64,000 nt of DNA from Minisyncoccia bacterium (GCA_039809245.1 JBDHUP010000001.1:100137-164136); one strand, 5' to 3'. Positions 28,540 to 39,007 are shown, counted from the first letter of the stretch. The notes: a model not told the origin generated them from the sequence alone. A program made the numbers and translations.

Positions 28540-29109
28540 TTAAATATAATTTGGCTTACTTTCAGAATAACCTTCTTGATAGTTTGCAAAGCGCGCTAGA
28601 GCGTACAGAGCGCTTGATAATCTGTTTAAATAAATAATACTTTCATTATTTATTTTGCGTTCGTTTTTATCTTTTAGAGACACTAGCTGTCTCTCAGTCC
28701 TTCTTGCGATAGTTCTACAGATATCAAGGTAAGCTGAACTTTCTCCGCCACCTGTGATAACAAATGATTTAATCGGTGGTAAGACTGTATCTACTTCATA
28801 AATAACTTTCTCAAGATATAAAATATGTTCTTTTTTTATATGGATGTCAGATCCAGCAAGTTCTGCTTGAATTGAAAATATGTTTTGTTGGAAAATTTCA
28901 ATTATGTCTTGATATTTTATATTTTTTAGATCAACACTTAGGTAATTTTTATATCTTGATGATAATGCTTTCGCATAACCCATAGAAGAATTAAGTTCAT
29001 CTAATGTGCCAAGTACCTCAAAAACAAAAGAACCTTTAGATAATCTAGTCCCTTCCGGGCAATTAAAGAGCTTGGTTGTTCCATTGTCTCCTTTTCTTGT
29101 ATACAACAT
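28540..29109 (-). CDS. pduO: ATP:cob(I)alamin adenosyltransferase (PduO type)
   Basis: LYTRKGDNGTT, GTLDELNS, RTIARRTER, YLNRLSS.L..LAR. Confidence 0.93.
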   Translation of the reverse strand: MLYTRKGDNGTTKLFNCPEGTRLSKGSFVFEVLGTLDELNSSMGYAKALSSRYKNYLSVDLKNIKYQDIIEIFQQNIFSIQAELAGSDIHIKKEHILYLEKVIYEVDTVLPPIKSFVITGGGESSAYLDICRTIARRTERQLVSLKDKNERKINNESIIYLNRLSSALYALARFANYQEGYSESKPNYI

Positions 29110-29114
29110 AAATT

Positions 29115-31397
29115 TTATATTTCACACAACCCCCCTACACATGCAAGTTCACGTTTTGCTTCAGTCTCATCTTCTTTTTCATAAGTGACAATTTTTGAGA
29201 AATCAAGGTGACCGAGACGTTTAATCATTTCCTCATACTTTTCTTTATTTATCGTTTCATATGGGGCAAGCTGATAGACATGATTTGACCTAGGTAAGAA
29301 TGATAACCCTCCAACTAGATCCCAATTTTCATATACCCAGTTCGCAACTTTTAACCATTCTTCATCACCGACTGAAATCGTAACTGAAGGATTATGCTCT
29401 GTATAATGTTCTTTAACTATTTTCCAATGTTCAAGCTGAGTAATAGCGTTAACATCATCTTTACAGATAGCACCTTCTGGAGCTTTCACAGGGAATTCAA
29501 ATACAAATGTTGTCGCGTTTTCAATTGTTTGACCAACTTCGGGAAAATATGGAACCCCTTGATCTTTTAACATTTTAAAAAGTGCATCAGTCGCTGAAAT
29601 TCTTATGCGACGAATATAATACGGAGCATGTCTTGGGTGCATACCAGAAGCACAATCAACAGTCTGGGAAACTGTACCTGATGGTTTTACGCAAGTTATA
29701 CATGTTGAAGTCCCAATACCAAAGCGCTTTGAGTACTTTTTATTAGTCTCTATGGCAACAGCTTTTATTTTCTCTAATACTTTCGGATCGCGAACTGTTT
29801 TACAATCCCACTGTCCAGTTATAGATACACCCAGTAACCTTTCTTGTTCGCAATTCTTTTTCCATTCTTTTGAGAGATAAGGAAAATAGGTCAGAGTTGA
29901 TTGGTAAGTACCTATAATAGTAGCAATGCGAGCTTTTTTTAGTAAAGTCTCCTCAGTGTCATCGGCACGAGCAACAACTTCAGATAAATTACAAAATTGT
30001 TTTGATTGTAAAATTATTTCTCCACAAGGATTTGTCCCCCATGATGGATGTTCATTTTCTTTCCATTGATCAAGTCTTCTTTTTGGCAGAGTTCCAGCAA
30101 GACCACCTCGATTAAATATTCCACGCTCACCACTTCCACTTTTCACTAAGGCAATCCATTCATCCATAAACTCTGTAGTTGATGGTTTTGATGTATAAAC
30201 AGCAGAGTTATTTGCGAGCATTCTCTGACCCTCTGTTACATAGAATTGTCCTTTCTTTGAATCACGAATAGCTTCATCGTCTAAATCAGACAACGATATC
30301 ATAGCACTTCTTCGCACTCCTCCAGCAACTACACATTCACCGATTTTACATATAATATCGTGTGCATCTAGGTTTGAAAGATGTCTTCCAGCTTTTCGTA
30401 TAATGCGTTCCCTCGTAAATGTGAGTAAAGATTCGAGCGGTGCTGGACCTGAACTTTTACCACCCATAGTTTTTAGCCTTGATCCGGCTGGACGAATTTT
30501 AGAATAATCGAAAGTTACATCTTCTCCTTCAAACCAAGTTTTCATCCCAAATGCAAACGCATCAGCCCAACCTTCTTTACTATCCTCAATAATGTAAACT
30601 GGTAACATTTTGCCTGTCTGTTTTAGAATTTGAGGAAGCGCTTGTATGTTCTCGCTCTCAACAGACCAGCCGACACCAGTCCCACACATAGATATATACA
30701 TAACCTCTGCAAAATCTTGGAAGGTTCTAGGGGCGATGAATGAACAGTTATAAGCACACACATTTGTCCTTCTAGCAGCCTTACCAGCAAATTGTAATAA
30801 TCGCATAGAAGGCATTGATTCTTGGTTTAAGATTGCTTCTCTAATGTCTTTGTATTCAACTTCAGTAAGCTTAGTGCCAAGATTATCACGCATGAAATTC
30901 ATATATCGATCGATTGTCTCTATCCATGTCTCCCTGCGTCCTTCTTCAATAATCCATTTAGCATATGTCCTATAATATACAAATTCAGCAAGTGGATTTC
31001 TAAAATATTTTTTACTTTCAGTAACCAATTCTTTTACTTTTTCAGGCACAAAGCCAATTTTTTCTCTCACTATTGAACGTTCTTTCCTGTATAGAATATA
31101 TGCTTTTGCTGTTTTTAGAAAATCCGCAATAATAAGTTCATTTTCAACTATATCTTGAATTGTCTCTACATTCGGAACAAAATCCTTTATGTTTTTTTCT
31201 TTTTTGTATTCAATTAATGCATCTAAAACTTTATACATCAGTTTTTCTGCGGTAATTTCGTCACCTTCTTTTACAGACTGCATAGCACGAAAAATAGCAC
31301 GAGTTATCCTCTTTCCATAAAACGGAACAATTGTACCATCACGTTTCTGAATTTTCTTAAGTACTGAATATTTTTTTGTATCTAATTTATTTTTCAT
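29115..31397 (-). CDS. nrdJ: Class II (AdoCbl-dependent) ribonucleotide reductase with N-terminal ATP cone
   Basis: KRDG ATP cone, YRTYA, PSMR, NCS, VAGGVRRSA, TNPCGEI, VKPSGT, C-terminal ACVGGLCEI. Confidence 0.92.
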   Translation of the reverse strand: MKNKLDTKKYSVLKKIQKRDGTIVPFYGKRITRAIFRAMQSVKEGDEITAEKLMYKVLDALIEYKKEKNIKDFVPNVETIQDIVENELIIADFLKTAKAYILYRKERSIVREKIGFVPEKVKELVTESKKYFRNPLAEFVYYRTYAKWIIEEGRRETWIETIDRYMNFMRDNLGTKLTEVEYKDIREAILNQESMPSMRLLQFAGKAARRTNVCAYNCSFIAPRTFQDFAEVMYISMCGTGVGWSVESENIQALPQILKQTGKMLPVYIIEDSKEGWADAFAFGMKTWFEGEDVTFDYSKIRPAGSRLKTMGGKSSGPAPLESLLTFTRERIIRKAGRHLSNLDAHDIICKIGECVVAGGVRRSAMISLSDLDDEAIRDSKKGQFYVTEGQRMLANNSAVYTSKPSTTEFMDEWIALVKSGSGERGIFNRGGLAGTLPKRRLDQWKENEHPSWGTNPCGEIILQSKQFCNLSEVVARADDTEETLLKKARIATIIGTYQSTLTYFPYLSKEWKKNCEQERLLGVSITGQWDCKTVRDPKVLEKIKAVAIETNKKYSKRFGIGTSTCITCVKPSGTVSQTVDCASGMHPRHAPYYIRRIRISATDALFKMLKDQGVPYFPEVGQTIENATTFVFEFPVKAPEGAICKDDVNAITQLEHWKIVKEHYTEHNPSVTISVGDEEWLKVANWVYENWDLVGGLSFLPRSNHVYQLAPYETINKEKYEEMIKRLGHLDFSKIVTYEKEDETEAKRELACVGGLCEI

Positions 31398-31939
31398 GCT
31401 TGTTTTGGATTAAAAAATCTAATAATTGATTCATTTTCAAATCTTTTATTTTTAATAACAAAATTATAAATTAAAGGAGAGAGAATAAATGCAAATGATA
31501 CATTTCCAATTAAATGGAGAATCGTAAATGGAATCTGCCCTGTAACAGCTTCTATGAATGGTTGGTGAAAAAATAATGGACCAATTGATAGACCTGTTGC
31601 TATGTCATATGCAATTGTTCCGAAAATGGCAAATTTAGCATAATTCCATGAGTTGTTTTTTTTATTTTTAAAATAAATTGCCGCCCAAAAACCTAATAAA
31701 CCGTAAGCACTCGCAGTAATGAATGTCCACACTCCTATGCCTGAAGTAAAAAGATCAAAGAGAATAATTCCTATAAATGAGAATAAGAAGCCAGCTAGTT
31801 TTCCGTATGCTTTTGAGAAAGGCATCTGTGTTGCTAGAATCGGCTCAATGTTTGGCGGACGGAAAGGTATAATCCTAATTAGAAAACATGCAACAAAACC
31901 AATAAGATATTTAAACCAGTTTTTTTTATATGTTTCCAT
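31394..31939 (-). CDS. ECF-type S component, probable cobalamin transporter (BtuM/CbrT-like)
   Basis: About 6 TM helices, RIIP..PPNIEPI motif, PF..LH..GN; first gene of B12-related operon. Confidence 0.72.
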   Translation of the reverse strand: METYKKNWFKYLIGFVACFLIRIIPFRPPNIEPILATQMPFSKAYGKLAGFLFSFIGIILFDLFTSGIGVWTFITASAYGLLGFWAAIYFKNKKNNSWNYAKFAIFGTIAYDIATGLSIGPLFFHQPFIEAVTGQIPFTILHLIGNVSFAFILSPLIYNFVIKNKRFENESIIRFFNPKQA

Positions 31940-31957
31940 AGTATTTATTTAATCCAC

Positions 31958-32050
31958 TTGGCAACAATTCAAGTGAAGTGTATAATATTGATAGTTGCAT
32001 AGTTTCGAAACTACTAAATCAGTATACTCCAGTTTTGAAAACTTCTGCAA
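31958..32050. promoter_or_regulatory. Face-to-face promoters flanking putative ArsR operator copy 2 (31994-32013)
   Basis: Plus: TTGGCA-17-TATAAT (31958-31986). Minus: TTGCAG-18-TATACT (32050-32021). Palindrome TAGTTTCGAAACTA 32000-32013. Confidence 0.6.
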
Positions 32051-32124
32051 CAGTGGATAACTTAATTAAAAGGATGGGGGGTCGACAAATTATTATAATT
32101 TATAAATTAATTAATATTTTATAT

Positions 32125-32487
32125 ATGAACAACAACAATCGCGCACTTTGGGCGTTAAAAATAGGAGTTGCAGGTGAATTTATAGGCCATGGGGCCTTAG
32201 CAATTGGAGGAAAGGCTGACTGGGTTGGATGGGTACAAAAGCTTTCTGGTTTAAATCAAACAACATCATTAAATATTATTATTGCAATAGGTATAGTAGA
32301 TGTATTACTTGCTCTTATCGTTTTACTCCGTCCAGTTAAACCATTGTTATTATGGATGGCATTTTGGGGATTTTTCACTGCTATTTTACGCCCAATAGTC
32401 GGGCAATCAATATGGGATTTCATAGAGAGATTTGCAAACTGGGGAGCACCACTTGCTTTATACTTCCTAGTAAGTAAAAACGATTAG
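32125..32487 (+). CDS. DoxX-like membrane protein
   Basis: R/K.GVA..FIGHG, IGIVD, 4 TM, ERFANWGAPLAL. Confidence 0.7.
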   Translation: MNNNNRALWALKIGVAGEFIGHGALAIGGKADWVGWVQKLSGLNQTTSLNIIIAIGIVDVLLALIVLLRPVKPLLLWMAFWGFFTAILRPIVGQSIWDFIERFANWGAPLALYFLVSKND

Positions 32488-32531
32488 TTAAAGAAATAAC
32501 TTCTTCGCATAAATTCTGATATACTATATTT

Positions 32532-33272
32532 ATGGAAGAAGTAGAAAATCTGAAAGCTGAAAATGAGAAGTTGAAACAGATGAATGCAGTTAAATCTGAC
32601 CTTATTTCAATTTCGGCACACCAGCTTCGTACTTCACTGTCTGCTCTAAAGTGGATTCTAAAAATGTTTATAGATGAGGATATTGGTAAACTCACAAACG
32701 AGCAGTCAAGTTTCGTTCAGAAAGCTTATAATAGTAATGAGAGGATGATCGCTCTTGTAAACAATCTACTTTTGCTAAATCACACAGAAGACACTGCTAT
32801 CCCTTTTAGTTTCAAGAAGGTTGATATTTTGAACTTAGTTGATCAAACTATGTTTGAATTCTCTGGAGAAACAAATAAAAAAAATATCGAGTTAATATTC
32901 CTAAAACCAGAATCTCCCCTGCCTTTAGTAAATTGTGACGAAGATATGATTAGAGTTGTTCTTCAAAATTTAATTGAAAATGCTATAAAATATAGTAACT
33001 CGAATGACAAAGTTTTTGTATCGCTAAAACAAGTTGATGATAATGTACAAATATCAGTCCATGATACTGGTATAGGTATCAGTGAAGATGATAAAAATAA
33101 TATCTTCAAAAAGTTCTTCCGAGCTTCAAATGCTAAAGAAAAAGACAGTGTAGGGTCAGGGTTAGGCCTGTTTACAACCCACAATATAGTGGAAAGGCAT
33201 AAAGGTAAGATATGGTTTGAGAATACAAATGGAGGTGGGACAACCTTCTTCGTCACATTGCCTATAATATAA
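32532..33272 (+). CDS. Histidine kinase (HisKA + HATPase, no sensor/TM domain)
   Basis: SAHQLRTSL, NLIENAIKY, DTGIGI, GSGLGL, GTTF. Confidence 0.93.
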   Translation: MEEVENLKAENEKLKQMNAVKSDLISISAHQLRTSLSALKWILKMFIDEDIGKLTNEQSSFVQKAYNSNERMIALVNNLLLLNHTEDTAIPFSFKKVDILNLVDQTMFEFSGETNKKNIELIFLKPESPLPLVNCDEDMIRVVLQNLIENAIKYSNSNDKVFVSLKQVDDNVQISVHDTGIGISEDDKNNIFKKFFRASNAKEKDSVGSGLGLFTTHNIVERHKGKIWFENTNGGGTTFFVTLPII

Positions 33273-33293
33273 TCGCTATGGTACAATAACCCA

Positions 33294-33659
33294 ATGAGAA
33301 AAATACTAATAATAGAAGATGATAGTTTCTTGCAAGGTCTTGAGGCTGGCAAATTAAAGAAAGATAACTATGATATCCTAACTGCTTCTACCGGAGATGA
33401 GGGAATGGAAAAAATTAACGAACCTGGTATTGATCTTATTCTTCTAGATCTTATTCTTCCTAAATTTGACGGATTCGAAATATTAAAAAAAGTTAGAGAA
33501 ACAGAATCATTGAAAAAAGTCCCGGTCATCGTATTCTCCAACCTTTCAGAAGATAAAGATATAAAAAGAGCTGAAGAATTAGGAGCTACAGATTTCATGG
33601 TTAAGTCAAATTTCACCCTAGACGAACTAGTAGAACATATAAACAAGATCTTGAAATAA
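33294..33659 (+). CDS. Single-domain response regulator
   Basis: ILIIEDD, LLDLILPKFDG, FMVK. Confidence 0.93.
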   Translation: MRKILIIEDDSFLQGLEAGKLKKDNYDILTASTGDEGMEKINEPGIDLILLDLILPKFDGFEILKKVRETESLKKVPVIVFSNLSEDKDIKRAEELGATDFMVKSNFTLDELVEHINKILK

Positions 33660-33785
33660 CTCAGTAAAATCTGAGTTATTTCTTTGCGTGCTATAATCAA
33701 AGAATGGCAGAGATTACAAAACGAGAAAAAACTAGAGCGATAATTTTACTTTTAATATTAGTAGCCATAGGTGGTGTAATCCTAT

Positions 33786-35972
33786 ATGGAACTCCACGAT
33801 AGTATAGAGAAATGGTTTAGAATTGATCAAAACCAAAGAAGAGCTTTAGCTCGACTTGGGCTTTTTACGGTACAAGATCTACTCTACCACTTTCCAACTC
33901 GTTACACTGATATATCTAACATCAAATCAATAGGGGAATTAGAAGAAGGAGAAACAGCTACTGTCTTAGGAACAATATCTAAATTAAAAACAAAGAAGGG
34001 GTTCAAGAGTAAAATCCCTATGGGTCAGGCAACCTTATCTGACCTAACCGGTACCATAAACATAGTCTGGTTTCACCAGCCATACTTAGCAAAAATGCTA
34101 AAAGAAGGTAATACTGTTCGTGTAACTGGTAAAATTTCAAACAGTAAAACCTATGGCCTAACTCTTACGAATCCAGAAATACAAAAGGAGGATATATTAC
34201 CAATAGATATACATGATTCATTATTCGCTAAAGATAGCGAAAAGAAACAAAACTTTGGTTTCCCTGTATACAGAGAATCAAAAGGTATTACATCACTATG
34301 GATTCATCATTCAATTCAAAAGATATTAAAACAGGATTGTGTGAAAAAAGTAGAAGATTATATACCTAGTAATATTATAAAGAAATATGGTTTACCAGCC
34401 CTCCATACCGCTCTTATTTGGATTCATATGCCACAAAAGAAAGAGCATGCTGAATTTGCTCGTAAACGTTTTGCTTTTGAAGAAGTATTCTTCATCCAGC
34501 TCAAAAGACAACAAGAGCGTAAAGAATATGAGTCATTATTCTCATATAAACTAACAATTCCAGAGAAAGATATTAAAGATTTTATTTCTAGATTTCCTTT
34601 CACTCCTACAAAAGCACAGAGTGGTGCACTAAGAGCAATCCTAGATGATCTTAAACGAGATAAACCGATGTCGCGCCTTGTTGAAGGAGATGTAGGGAGT
34701 GGAAAAACCTTTGTCGCCGCAACTGTAGCATATGCAGTCATTAAAAATAGGCCAGTTGGTCAGAATTTCGGAAACTTGCAAGTCGCTTATATGGCACCAA
34801 CTGAAGTACTAGCTACTCAACTGTTTGAAAACTTTATTTCTTACTTTGAACATACTGGTATATCAATAGCTCTTATCACAGGCTCAGGTTGTCGTAAATA
34901 TCCAAGCAAAAGTGCCCACTGGGAAAATGGAAAGCAAGTCAAAACCTGGACTCCAATATCTCGTAATCAACTACTTAAATGGGTTAAGAATGGTGAGATT
35001 CCAATTGTTATTGGTACTCACGCTCTAATATCTAAAAATGTAGAGTTCGAAGATTTGGGATTGGTCGTAATAGATGAACAACACAGATTCGGAACAAATC
35101 AACGAATGAAATTAGCAAAGAAGGAAGGTCACGCTCCTCATTACCTTTCTATGACTGCAACACCTATTCCCCGTACACTTGCACTGACTATTTATGGAGA
35201 TCTAGATTTATCTATCATCGACCAAATGCCAGCTGGTAGGAAGGACGTTATCACAAAGATAGTCGCACCAGATAAACGCGAAGATGCATATGAAGCAATT
35301 CATAGTGAATTAGAACAAGGTCGCCAAGCCTATATTATCTGTCCAAGAATAGATGAACCAGATCCAGATCGCGAACAATCTGTGATTGCTAAGTCTGTCA
35401 TCGCTGAAGCAAAACGCCTAGCTAAAGATGTATTCCCTAAATATAGAATTGGGGTAATGCACTCTAAAATGACAAAACAGAAGAAGGAAGATATTATGCA
35501 AGAATTCAAAGACCATGAGCTCGATATACTAGTATCTACTTCTGTTATCGAAGTCGGAGTAAATGTGCCAAATGCTACATCTATAATCATAGAAGGTGCG
35601 GAGCGTTTTGGCCTTGCCCAACTTCATCAGTTACGCGGCCGAGTTATACGAAGCAACCATCAATCATACTGCTATCTATTTGCCGATGCGAAAACTGATA
35701 AGACAGTTGATAGACTAAAAGCCTTAGTAAAAGCTGCAAATGGATTTGAGCTCGCTGAGCTTGATCTTACTCTTCGCGGTGCAGGGCTTCTATCTGGCGA
35801 TAAACAATGGGGCATTACAGATCTAGGAATGGAAGCCATTAAAAATATCAAGATGGTAGAAGCTGCTCGAACAGAAGCTTTGGCTCTAATAGAAAAAGAC
35901 CAGGATCTTTCTGGCCTCCCTCTCCTTGCACAAGCACTCTCTTCTAAAAATCTAGATTTACATTTTGAGTAA
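33786..35972 (+). CDS. recG: ATP-dependent DNA helicase RecG
   Basis: GDVGSGKT, DEQHRFG, MTATPIPRTL, ERFGLAQLHQLRGRV. Confidence 0.97.
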   Translation: MELHDSIEKWFRIDQNQRRALARLGLFTVQDLLYHFPTRYTDISNIKSIGELEEGETATVLGTISKLKTKKGFKSKIPMGQATLSDLTGTINIVWFHQPYLAKMLKEGNTVRVTGKISNSKTYGLTLTNPEIQKEDILPIDIHDSLFAKDSEKKQNFGFPVYRESKGITSLWIHHSIQKILKQDCVKKVEDYIPSNIIKKYGLPALHTALIWIHMPQKKEHAEFARKRFAFEEVFFIQLKRQQERKEYESLFSYKLTIPEKDIKDFISRFPFTPTKAQSGALRAILDDLKRDKPMSRLVEGDVGSGKTFVAATVAYAVIKNRPVGQNFGNLQVAYMAPTEVLATQLFENFISYFEHTGISIALITGSGCRKYPSKSAHWENGKQVKTWTPISRNQLLKWVKNGEIPIVIGTHALISKNVEFEDLGLVVIDEQHRFGTNQRMKLAKKEGHAPHYLSMTATPIPRTLALTIYGDLDLSIIDQMPAGRKDVITKIVAPDKREDAYEAIHSELEQGRQAYIICPRIDEPDPDREQSVIAKSVIAEAKRLAKDVFPKYRIGVMHSKMTKQKKEDIMQEFKDHELDILVSTSVIEVGVNVPNATSIIIEGAERFGLAQLHQLRGRVIRSNHQSYCYLFADAKTDKTVDRLKALVKAANGFELAELDLTLRGAGLLSGDKQWGITDLGMEAIKNIKMVEAARTEALALIEKDQDLSGLPLLAQALSSKNLDLHFE

Positions 35973-36015
35973 AAAAACTCCATTAAAATAATGGAGTTGT
36001 GTTGAATAAAAGATA

Positions 36016-36294
36016 TTATATAATTTTATAGATATTACTGAACGGTAGTGCTGTTACAAGCTTATTGGTTTTACGATTTTTAACTACTAAAACCCAATTA
36101 CGGTGGATAATTAATAGACCTATAAATGTATTCTCGGCATCTTTTTTTAATACTTTAACAGATTTTTTACATAATTCTATATATTTTTTATATGTAATAT
36201 TGATATCATATCTTTCATTGAGTCTTTCATTAAAGTGATAGTAAGAACTTTTCCACTCATTTTCTATGAGTTGTTCTTTTGTTAAAAAGATCAT
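36016..36294 (-). CDS. Hypothetical protein
   Basis: 92-aa ORF, H...RL.ERY and LVTALP patterns. Confidence 0.55.
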   Translation of the reverse strand: MIFLTKEQLIENEWKSSYYHFNERLNERYDINITYKKYIELCKKSVKVLKKDAENTFIGLLIIHRNWVLVVKNRKTNKLVTALPFSNIYKII

Positions 36295-36374
36295 TATTAT
36301 TAGTTTTAGATTTTAAAAATTAACCTTATTTTTAGACTATCTATTAAACAAGTTATTGTCAATCAAAATTGTCA

Positions 36375-36510
36375 TCACAAATAATTCCGCACCGTCGTTA
36401 CGGAATTTTTGCGATCCCGGCTCGCAATTTTTCCTACTGGAAAAATAATGCTCCGCCCTGGACTACATAGAAAAAGGAGTACGCAGATACTCCTTTTTCT
36501 ATGTAGTCCA
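36375..36510. repeat. Multi-hairpin element with 23-bp perfect stem at tRNA-Ile 3' end
   Basis: 36459-36481 / 36488-36510 perfect IR; smaller hairpins AATTCCG/CGGAATT and ATTTTTCC/GGAAAAAT. Confidence 0.7.
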
Positions 36511-36580
36511 CCCTCTTGGATTCGAACCAAGGACCCCAGAGGTATAAGCTCTGTGCTCTAACCAACTGAGCTAAGGGTGG
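36507..36580 (-). tRNA. tRNA-Ile(TAT), rare anticodon
   Basis: CCACCCT/AGGGTGG-A73, CAGAG-CTTATAC-CTCTG anticodon arm. Confidence 0.9.
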
Positions 36581-36631
36581 AAATATGGTTAGCTATGAAC
36601 TTCTACATACTAACCAAATTTTGCTTATTTG

Positions 36632-38518
36632 TTAAGCTTTTGCTTCTTCTTTCTTTTTAGGCATTATGCCGTGAGTGGTTATTATCTGATTGTACTCATC
36701 TTGCTCGAGAGTTTCTACTTCTACTAATTTCTTAGCGATAGCTTCTAAAACTTTACGGTGCTCCGTAAGAGTTTGTTTGGCTACTTCAAGAGCCTTGTTC
36801 ATTATTTTAGAAACTTCACCATCAATGAGAGCACTAACTCTTTCAGAATATTCTTGTTCGTTCACACCGCGACCAAACATTGTTCTACCTCCATCACTCT
36901 CTAGTGCCATAGGACCTATCTCGTCACTCATACCCCATCGTGTCACCATAGCACGAGCAAGACCAGTTGCAACTTGCAAATCATTGGATGGGCCAGTAGT
37001 GATATCACCAAAGATCATTTGTTCAGCTGCATAGCCACCCATTGCCATCGCGATATCATCTAAGAATTCTTTTTTACTTTGCAGACGTCTCTCTTCAAGA
37101 GGTAGTTTAAGTGTATAACCTCCAGCAGATCCTCGAGATACAATAGAAACTTTGTGTACTGGATCTGCATAAGGAAGCACCGATGCCACAAGTGCATGAC
37201 CTGCTTCATGGTAAGCTGTAATCTCTTTCTCTTTCTTTGACAGTAAGTGACTCTTGCGCTCAGGACCCATCATGACTTTCTCTATTGAACGTATCAGGTC
37301 GAACTGTGCAACTTTCTTGCGATCTTCACGAGCTGCAAGAATCGCGCCTTCGTTCATAAGTGAATAAAGATCAGCTCCAGAGAATCCAGGAGTGCGCTCG
37401 GCAATGATTTTCAAATTTACATCTTCAGCAAATGGTTTTTTATGTGAGTGTATAGTAAGTATTTCTTCACGATCTGATCGATCTGGAAGATCTAGAAGAA
37501 CTCTTCGATCAAAACGTCCTGGACGTAGGAGCGCAGGGTCGAGCACATCGGAACGGTTCGTCGCAGCCATAACTATTACCTTTTCATTCGGCTCGAATCC
37601 ATCCATCTCGACTAGTATCTGGTTTAGAGTTTGTTCGCGTTCATCATTTCCTCCTCCAACACCAGAACCACGTACACGTCCAACTGCATCTATCTCATCG
37701 ATAAATATTATCGCTGGTGCTGCTTTCTTTGCCATCTTGAACAAGTCGCGAACACGAGAAGCTCCAACTCCGACGAACATTTCGACGAATTCAGAACCAG
37801 ACAAGTGGAAGAATGGCACACTCGCTTCCCCTGCTACCGCACGAGCAAGTAGAGTCTTTCCTGTTCCTGGAGCACCTGTTAAGATAACTCCTTTCGGAAT
37901 ACGAGCACCTATATCAAGAAACTTTTTCGGGTTCCTCAAGAAGTCTACGATCTCTTTCAATTCTTCTTTAGCTTCTTTTGCTCCGGCAACATCTTTGAAT
38001 GTCACACGATTATTCTTATCATTTGGGTCAGTGATACGAGCTTTTGATTGACCGAAAGTGAAGGCTTGCATACCTTGGCCTTTCACTTGCCTTGTCAGCA
38101 TCCAGATAAAGAATATAACAAGTACAACTGGTAGAAGGAATGGGAGTATATTGAGCAACCAATATCCGAAACCACCCTGATCTTTCACTTCTATTGGTGT
38201 CTCAGCTAGCTGAGCTGGAGTAACACCATAGTTATATAGAGTCTCAGAAAGTGAACTCTCTATTTCTTTTTTTGCTTTGCCTAGTGTATCGTCTTTGAAA
38301 GTAACATCAATCTCTTGTCCTATAACTTCTATCTTCTTTATTGTACCTTCGGTAACACTCTTGGCTACATCAGAAATAGTAAGATCTTTTATGGTCTCAG
38401 GGGTTTTAGCTAATAGTGAGTAAATAATCGTAATACTAATAAATATAAAGATAGCAATGACGATTTGACTGCCAATTTTAGGTATTTTCTGTTGGGGTTT
38501 CCTTTTGTTCTTATCCAT
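36632..38518 (-). CDS. ftsH: ATP-dependent zinc metalloprotease FtsH
   Basis: 2 [32 protein letters not shown]. Confidence 0.98.
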   Translation of the reverse strand: MDKNKRKPQQKIPKIGSQIVIAIFIFISITIIYSLLAKTPETIKDLTISDVAKSVTEGTIKKIEVIGQEIDVTFKDDTLGKAKKEIESSLSETLYNYGVTPAQLAETPIEVKDQGGFGYWLLNILPFLLPVVLVIFFIWMLTRQVKGQGMQAFTFGQSKARITDPNDKNNRVTFKDVAGAKEAKEELKEIVDFLRNPKKFLDIGARIPKGVILTGAPGTGKTLLARAVAGEASVPFFHLSGSEFVEMFVGVGASRVRDLFKMAKKAAPAIIFIDEIDAVGRVRGSGVGGGNDEREQTLNQILVEMDGFEPNEKVIVMAATNRSDVLDPALLRPGRFDRRVLLDLPDRSDREEILTIHSHKKPFAEDVNLKIIAERTPGFSGADLYSLMNEGAILAAREDRKKVAQFDLIRSIEKVMMGPERKSHLLSKKEKEITAYHEAGHALVASVLPYADPVHKVSIVSRGSAGGYTLKLPLEERRLQSKKEFLDDIAMAMGGYAAEQMIFGDITTGPSNDLQVATGLARAMVTRWGMSDEIGPMALESDGGRTMFGRGVNEQEYSERVSALIDGEVSKIMNKALEVAKQTLTEHRKVLEAIAKKLVEVETLEQDEYNQIITTHGIMPKKKEEAKA

Positions 38519-38606
38519 AGTATGGCCATTATACACGAAAGAGGAGTAAATAAAAAACCGCTTGCAATTGCTTGCAAACGGTTCCTAAAAGACTAAATTA
38601 AAAAGT

Positions 38607-38976
38607 CTATGCAGTTTTCAAAAATGGCATATGATTGCCAAAGTTTGCTTTAAACTTACTCAGGATATCCTTTGCTTTTTCATAGTCATCTCCAGTAAAA
38701 ACCTGGCTATCCTTTAAAGTTTTCTTATAAAGGGATTCCAATTTGGAAAAATATGCCGGTTTTTTGTTTACTGGTATTGGATCACTTTTTTTGCCATCTT
38801 TTAAACCCATTTCAATATGTATGAAAGTTATGAGTTTAATAAGATTTTCTACAAATGAACTTTTCTGGTTCTTGATCACAAACTTACTTTTACCGAACCA
38901 GTTTGGCATTGAGCCACATTTCTTTAACTTTTTCATAACATTCAATTTTAGGGGTTAAATAAATATTTTTGTCCAT
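38607..38976 (-). pseudogene. Possible frameshifted hypothetical gene
   Basis: Leaderless-type start MDKNIY at 38976 stops at 38890; overlapping +1 frame continues to 38607. Confidence 0.35.
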
Positions 38977-39007
38977 ACTGCCATAATAAGTGATATAAAT
39001 CAATATC

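Noticed and set aside
31940-32100. Cobalamin riboswitch or NrdR boxes upstream of the B12 operon
   Set aside because: No GGGAA/GCCACTG B12-box elements in an AT-rich leader of about 75 nt; no convincing tandem NrdR palindromes.
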